Positions 8,699 to 14,962 of a stretch of DNA of 14,962 bases are shown piece by piece (position 1 is the first letter of the stretch; each line of letters starts with the position of its first letter). This stretch comes from Octopus sinensis (Eukaryota). The translations under genes and the position numbers were made by a program. The stretch is taken from positions 1-14,962 of the forward strand of contig NW_021825643.1 in the NCBI RefSeq assembly GCF_006345805.1. The letters run 5' to 3'. Under the pieces are notes generated by a model that was given only the letters and a program-made list of their open reading frames with translations, had not been told where the DNA came from and did no database searches.

Positions 8699-8758
8699 AG
8701 GTGCAGGCGTGGCTCTGTGGTAACAAACTTCGTTCCAAAACGCATGGTGCTGGGTTTA
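8699..8758 (+). mobile_element. Isolated tRNA-like head of the OR-like SINE
   Basis: AGGTGCAGGCGTGGCTCTGTGGTAACAAACTTCGTTCCAAAACGCATGGTGCTGGGTTTA; with 3 nt of flank, 56 of 63 identical to the reverse complement of 8401-8463. Confidence 0.8.
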
Positions 8759-8820
8759 AATTTAAATTTAAAATAGTAAGGGTGAGAAATTGAATATTAA
8801 TTTGATTAATATGAATTGAA

Positions 8821-9175
8821 AACCAGAGGCGTAGCATATAAGACCATAGCGGATCTTCTTCTAGCAAAATGGATGTCCACTGTTAATGATTCATCCCTCT
8901 TATATAATAGTTTGACTTTAATAGTTTCCGTGTTAAAGTGAAAGTACATTACAATAGAGAGATGCTTTTGTTTCACTTTTAACACGTAATACTGAAATAG
9001 TGGAGAATATATGATATTGCTGTGGGCTCGCCCTAGGCAAGAAGTTGAACATTTTTTTCCCCTGAAACTACATGGACCCTAAGTAAGGCATGTGTAAAAT
9101 TTGATTGGAATTGGTTGTGTAGTTCTTAAGTTTTAGGGATTCGCACAGACACACATTCTCAGTTTTACATACATA
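8821..9175 (+). mobile_element. Possible non-autonomous Helitron-like element
   Basis: End CATGTGTAAAATTTTGATTGGAATTGGTTGTGTAGTTCTTAAGTTTTAGG...CACAGACACACATTCTCAGTTTTACATA resembles, from memory, Lep1/HINE-type termini. No diagnostic terminal hairpin confirmed. Confidence 0.3.
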
Positions 9176-9182
9176 CATACCG

Positions 9183-9245
<63 letters not shown>

Positions 9246-9250
9246 GATCG

Positions 9251-9313
<63 letters not shown>

Positions 9314-9350
9314 GATCTATCTATCCGTCTATCTATCTATCTATATCTAT
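9183..9350. repeat. (ATCT)n microsatellite with ATCG variants
   Basis: Direct reading. Confidence 0.97.
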
Positions 9351-9367
9351 TATAAAATATATTACAT

Positions 9368-9739
9368 TTCTCTTTCCCTGTCCCTCTCCCTGTCTCTCTC
9401 TCTCTCTCTCCTCTCTCTCTACCTCCTCTTCCTTCCTCCCTCCTCTCTCCCCCTCTCTCTCCTCTCCCCTCTCTCTCCTCTCTCTCTCTCCCTCCCTCTC
9501 TCTCTTCTCTCTAAGTACTTCCTATAGACACATTTCAGTTTCCTCTCTCTTCCCCTCTCCTTACTCCTCTCTCTATAAGTACCTTTCTATGCCACCCAGT
9601 CTCCTCTCTCCTGTCTCTCCCTCTCTCTCTCTCCCTCTCCCTCTCCCTCTCTCTGCCCTCTCTCTCCCCCTCTCTCTCCCCCTCTCTGACTTTCTCTCTC
9701 TTCCCTCTCCCTAAGTACCTTCCTATAGCCACATCAGTC
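9368..9739. repeat. CT-rich polypyrimidine tract with three embedded copies of a 26-29-bp motif
   Basis: TAAGTAC(C)TTCCTATAGCCACATCAGT-like motif at 9511-9539, 9576-9601 and 9711-9739. Confidence 0.85.
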
Positions 9740-9859
9740 ACCGTCCCACGCTCCTGACGCTATCGACCATCACTCAATCGCTCCCACATTGCTTCCCGCG
9801 CTTTCTCGCACCCCTCCCGTTCACTCCTACATACATCTATGTAAGTACAGGCTTGCACA

Positions 9860-10261
9860 ACACAGACACACACGCACACGCACACACACACAAGCACACA
9901 CAAATACACACACACACACACACAACCACTGTCATACATCCATACAGCCAACATAGACAATCACACATGGACACTTACACACACACACGTATTCGAATAT
10001 ATAGATATATATACAAATATGCACACACATACACACACACACACATACATACATGCATACATGCATACATATATTGTTCAATCTCCAAGAGTGACTCCTT
10101 GCTGGCATATTCCAAGATTGTGGGAGCTTAGCAATAAATGTGCATACTATATATATATATATATATATAATATATATATATATATATACAACACATAATA
10201 TATATATATGTGTAGTATATAGTGTATATATATATGTATTATATTATATGTATGTCATATA

Positions 10262-10327
<66 letters not shown>

Positions 10328-10621
10328 GTGGTGTGTACACTCATACACAATCGTTGTATGCTATTACCTCAACCATCCTCATCATCCTCCAATTACTCCG
10401 GTACCGTCTCTCCAAGCTGCTTACATCACTGCTTGTCTTTTTGACGTCACAGGGAATGTGTGTATATTCGCCTTTGGAAATGTGTGCGTATATGTGTATG
10501 TGTACGTTTGTGAGTGTGTGTGTATGTATATATACATGCATGCATATAAATCATATATACATATATATAATATATACAAACAGAGATATAGTGTATATGT
10601 ATATATTATGCTATATAGATA

Positions 10622-10691
<70 letters not shown>
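9860..10691. repeat. Compound CA/TA/TG/CT low-complexity region with short unique islands
   Basis: Direct reading; unique islands at about 10075-10140 and 10340-10480. Confidence 0.9.
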
Positions 10692-10692
<1 letters not shown>

Positions 10693-12022
10693 CACCGCTC
10701 CTGCAACACTATGACTGGGTGTTAAAACAGCTACTAAATGGCTCAATGTGGATGTAATATATCTCGACTTTGCAAAAGCCTTTGATAAAGTCGACCCTGG
10801 TATGATCTGTCCAAAACTGCGTTGTCTCGGCATAGGCGGAAAACTTGGAGAGTGGCTCTGCACAACTTCCTAAAAGACAGAAGACAGGCAGTTGTGAGCA
10901 ATGGAGCACCTCCAAGGAAACACAAATAACAAGCGGGGTCCACAGGGCACTGTCTTGGGGCCACTGCTGTTCATAGTGGCCCTTTCAGACATGCCTTCAG
11001 TTGCTACGATAGCCACCCTTGCTAGCTATGCAGATGACACAAAAGTCTTCCACACAATACAAAACCCTGAAAATATTGCGCATCTGCAACAGGAGTTGGA
11101 GTTAAAATATACAGGGGGGCGGAGGACAACAAGATGCAGTTTAATGCAGGTAAGTCCAGGCCCTGCGCTAACTGGCACAAAAGGTAACGACGTGCAGACT
11201 GGATACACTGGCACGGGAAGGAATTGCAATCCCTGAGTCAAAAATCAGTGCGTTACCTAGGCATTGACATGAGCATGATGCATCTTTCCAAGTGCATATT
11301 ACTAATCTAGTGATAAAATGCAGACGGCTAGCTGCATGGATTCTCCGAACTTTCAGAACAAGAGAGAAGGAGACACTGATGGTCCTCTGGAAAAACATTC
11401 GTCCTCAGCCGCTTGGACTACTGCTCCCAAACTATGGTCACCACACAATATAAAACTAACAGCAGAACTCGAAGCAATTCAGAGAAGCTACAAAGAAGAA
11501 AATCGTCTCTCAATGCAAAATATCAGCTACTGGGAAAGACTGAAGTATTAAACCTCTTCTCCCTAGAGCGGAGGCGGGAGAGATATGCGGTGATATACAT
11601 CTGGAAATCCTGGAGGTGGTCTGTCCCAAACTTTAGCATTCAAAGTTACCCCACCGCAGAACGGGGCGCCACTGCATGGTGCCAAGATTCCCACACATCA
11701 CCATCAAAATACAGGACCAGATACTGCAACAGCTTGGGTTTCAGAGGACCACAGCTCTTTACTCCTCCCTAAATGCCTAAGAGACTTACATGGTGTGGAT
11801 GTGGGTTTCTTTTTAAAACTAAATTGGATCTCTTCTTGTCGGGAGTCCCAGATTAACCTACCTCACGACAGGAGACGCAGATGCGGGCAGCAGCATCGAA
11901 CTCCCTTGTTGATCAAGTGCCACGTATCAGAGGTGGATTCACATATTAGTGTAGCTCATTCAGCGGTGGTGCCCCAGCATGGCCGCGGCCTTCGGGCTAA
12001 AACATTTTTAAGGATTTAAGGA
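10692..12022 (+). mobile_element. 5'-truncated, frameshifted CR1-group LINE (RT, C-terminus, 3' UTR)
   Basis: Across frameshifts: VDVIYLDFAKAFDKVD, QGTVLGPLLF, YADD (11027-11038), LDYCSQ/LWSP, LNLFSLERRRER, GPQLF; ends in TTTAAGGA x2, an 8-bp terminal tandem repeat as is typical of CR1. Confidence 0.9.
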
Positions 12023-12188
12023 TATATATATATGTCAAAATAAGGATGAAATGTCCTTCCCGAGTTATTGGCTCAAAAGAGCCAGTTTCCCAGATTCTGT
12101 AGGTTGTATACTGCCCACCCAATGGACGCGCACCCGCATGCACTCACCCATACACACACTACATTATATTCTTATTACATTTATTCTT

Positions 12189-12416
12189 AAGGCGGCGAAC
12201 TGGCAGAATCGTTAGCACGCCGGACAAAAGACTTAGCGGCATTTCGTCCGTCTTTACGTTCTGAGTTCAAATTCCACCGATGTCGACTTTGCCGTTCATC
12301 CTTTCGAGGTCGATAAAATAAAGTACCAGTGAAGAAGTACAAGGGTCGGTGTTGTCGACTAGCCGTCTCCCTCTCAAAATTTCAGGTCTTCTACTTATAA
12401 TGGAAATAATTATTAT
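12189..12416 (+). mobile_element. OK-like SINE, single full-length monomer
   Basis: AAGGCGGCGAACTGGCAGAATCG head, GAGTTCAAATTCC, GTCGACTTTGCCGTTCATCCTTTCGAGGTCGATAAAAT, tail ending AATAATTATTAT. Confidence 0.9.
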
Positions 12417-12651
12417 AGTTCTACCCACTCGCCCCATATGTTGATGCTACCTTTTCCGGAACCAAAAATATTGATAGGTGGAGAGATTTTATATCCAATC
12501 CACTTCTCCCTTAATTCCCCCGGAGAGGACGATATCGCTTCTTAGAGTATTTTTACCGTAGAAGTAATTGCACACAATTCTAAAACCCATTGAATCCTGT
12601 ATTACACAGAGAGAATAAGTAGAAAGCGCAATTTTAAAATTTTGTATACAA

Positions 12652-12713
<62 letters not shown>

Positions 12714-12770
12714 ATATACATACGTAAATGTGTGCACATATGTGTATACGTGTCCGTATACACACACATA

Positions 12771-12820
<50 letters not shown>
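12652..12820. repeat. (TG)n ... (CA)n(TA)n compound microsatellite
   Basis: Direct reading; the TG and CA arms are mutually complementary. Confidence 0.95.
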
Positions 12821-14782
12821 GAAAATAGTAAAAAGTGAAAAAACTACAGAAGGCTTAGAGGTTAAAAAATATATATATTTGCGTCAATATGTCTGAAGAA
12901 TATTAAATTTTTTTTTTCCCTACAATGACATAATTAGAAGAAAGACCGGTTTCGCGTTTAGCTTTTCAAATTTCTTACGACGTTATGTTTATGTTGAATA
13001 GAGTAATCGTTATGTTTATGTTTAAAAGAGTTCTAAATAAGGGGGAGGTAATGAGTGAATTTCTTCGGTTTGTAAGGGAGATAATCGCTTAAACTTTTTT
13101 TTCCTTTCCCTTGGTGTGAATTTCTCTGTATCAGTATCTTGGCATGGTTAAGTCTGGGCTTGTACTTTTCATGAAGAATGTTTCCTTGTTTAGTCTAATT
13201 GTGTTGATGATCTGATAGCACATTGGTAAAATGGAAAGATTTAAAAATTGTGGTAGTAGTTGCTTTGCGTCATTTCTCAATGTGCTCACTAAAAGGTATC
13301 ATTCTGTATTCTGGGAATGCAATCTGTTTGTCGATGCAGTGTGCATCTACGTCTGAGTGATAGTCCCCATGGATCCACGTAGTCTTGGTGGCAGCCGAGC
13401 ATTTTATGACATAAATTATGTTTTCAGAGGCACAAGTAAAGTTAGATTTGATCTTGAATTTCTGTTCCTCTTAAAGAGGAATTCTGATCCTTCTAGCAGG
13501 TTGGGACATGTTGCACAGTTAGATCTACCACATTTTTTACTTTTGCATCCGTAATTTCTGAAAAAACATTTTGCCTTTGTGAGAATCTTTTTAAGTGATT
13601 TAGGTTGTGTTTTGTAGCTTTTAATGATTTGGTGTATGTTTAGAATTCCTTTAATTTGGGGTCCTTATGAAGTATTGGTAAATTCTGGGTGATGATGGTG
13701 AAGGCTTCTTGTTTCTGGGGTTGTATGTAGATATGTAAGGTAGTATTTTCGGGGAAGGTGTGTTGTTGTGTTGAACTTTTCTTAAAGTTCTATGTTGATT
13801 TCTGTTGCACGTCTGATCCCATCCTCTATGAGTGAGCTGGGTAATGTCTGTCAATTAGGGTGTTTTTGGTCTTGCAGTCTAAAGTTCCTGGTATTTTGTT
13901 CTGACACTTGTGCATATCCTTCTTGCAAGGTTGAAGGGGATGATGTTTGTTTTAGTGTGTCTTGGGTGGCATGAATTAAAAAGAAGGTATTGTTTGGCGT
14001 CTGTGGCTTTGTAAAAAAATCTGTTTCTATTTTAGGTTAATTTTTTTAATTAGTATATCCAAGAACGGGAGCTCCTTTTGGTTGTATTCCATTGTAAACT
14101 GTATATTTGGGTTTATGCTGTTCAATAGGTTTTTAAATTTTAGGAGTTTATCTGTGTTTTCATTCCAGAGTATAAAACAATCGTCTAGAATCGTTTCCAA
14201 TTCTCTTTTATGTATTGAGAAAGGGGTTTCCAAAGATTGATAAAGATTCCTAGTAAATGATTATTTCCATGTAGCCCATTGTTAGGTTCGCAATGACTGG
14301 TGCTGCCCTTGTACCCATAGCAATTCCGGATTTTTGACGGTAAAATGTATTGTCAAACATGAAGTGGTTATTATGTAGGATGAATTCAATTGATTAATAA
14401 TGAATTCTTTACTGATCCTTTTTGGTATTTCTTCCGGAAATTGGTCCAGCCAGAACTGTATTGCCTCTAGTCCATAATTATGAGGTATACTGGTATATAA
14501 GTTAACTACATCAAATGAAACCAGGATTGTTTCTTCCTTGGCTTTTTTTGGAAGGTGGTTTAACATATCTAAGTCATCTCTGATATGGCTATCGATATGT
14601 TTGAGGAAGGGTTTCAGGAGGATGTCCATAAATAGACTTAGTCTGTGTGTTTCACAGGTTGGGCCAGCTACAATGTGTCTTAGTTTTAGGTCCCCTGGGT
14701 TAGGTGTGTGTATGTATGTCTTTGGTGATTTTTTAATGGCTTCATTTATAATTTGGCTTTTATGAATTTTTGGCAGCAGGAT
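12821..14782 (-). mobile_element. Decayed Penelope-like retroelement (RT plus GIY-YIG endonuclease plus 3' pLTR region)
   Basis: Across frameshifts: LPKIHK, RHIVAG, SFDVVNLYTSIP, GIAMG, LDDCFILW, LPFLDI, NSCHP, PYISTYNPRN, CGRSNCATC, NIIYVIKCSGCHQDYVG (GIY-YIG), terminal KPRLN. Confidence 0.92.
12938..12976 (-). ncRNA. Minimal type I hammerhead ribozyme motif, U3-A8 core variant
   Basis: Minus: AAGAAA-U-UUGAAAA-GC-UAAAC-GC-GAAA-C-CG-G-U-C-UUUCUU. Stem I 6 bp, stem II 2 bp, palindromic stem III ACCGGU, GUC site at 12946-12944. Confidence 0.65.
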
Positions 14783-14914
14783 ATATATATATATATATAT
14801 ATATCTTTTTTTTCTCCTTGTTTTTTCTGTGACCCTTTCTGTAGAAGAGCGTAGGCTCGAAACGTAAAAGACTTTTTCTATTCCTGAGCGTTATACTAAT
14901 ACATCTGTTTGTTC
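14783..14914 (+). mobile_element. (TA)n-headed insert carrying a hammerhead-like motif, probably a pLTR-derived non-autonomous element
   Basis: Interrupts the Penelope RT and is flanked by direct repeats 14732-14782 and 14915-14962. Confidence 0.55.
14835..14870 (+). ncRNA. Minimal type I hammerhead ribozyme-like motif, A6U core variant
   Basis: CUUU-CUGUAGA-A-GAGC-GUAG-GCUC-GAAA-C-GU-A-AAAG. Stem I 4 bp, stem II 4 bp, loopless palindromic stem III ACGU, GUA site at 14864-14866. Confidence 0.6.
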
Positions 14915-14962
14915 TTTAATGGTTTCATTTATAATTTGGCTTTTATGAATTTTTGGCAGGAT
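14915..14962 (-). mobile_element. Second copy of the Penelope RT segment, running off the window
   Basis: Reads ILPKIHKSQIINETIK, versus ILLPKIHKSQIINEAIK at 14732-14782. Confidence 0.85.

Noticed and set aside
12420-12650. Unique segment with short protein-like frames on minus (IVLSGGIKGEVDWI)
   Set aside because: No recognisable domain, no start or splice context; the ORF is open mainly because of the adjoining microsatellite.

Overview
AT-rich, repeat-dense eukaryotic DNA with no recognisable host exon. The two tRNA-derived SINE families resemble, from memory, the octopus OK and OR families, so an octopod genome is inferred but not verified. Contents: about five copies of an OK-like SINE (two with 184-bp internal tandem arrays), two to four pieces of an OR-like CORE-SINE, two RTE-type LINE 3' ends, a 5'-truncated decayed CR1-group LINE (10692-12022), a decayed Penelope-like element with RT and GIY-YIG (12821-14782, minus), and large TATG, TA, CA, ATCT and CT microsatellites. 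Most long ORFs in the track are microsatellite artefacts. Best leads: two minimal hammerhead ribozyme motifs at the Penelope element with non-canonical cores (a compensatory U3-A8 pair at 12938-12976; an A6U core at 14835-14870), a 287-bp near-perfect palindrome (5956-6242), and a 3' tail shared by the CORE-SINE and the CR1-group LINE. All calls were made by eye; no searches were run.
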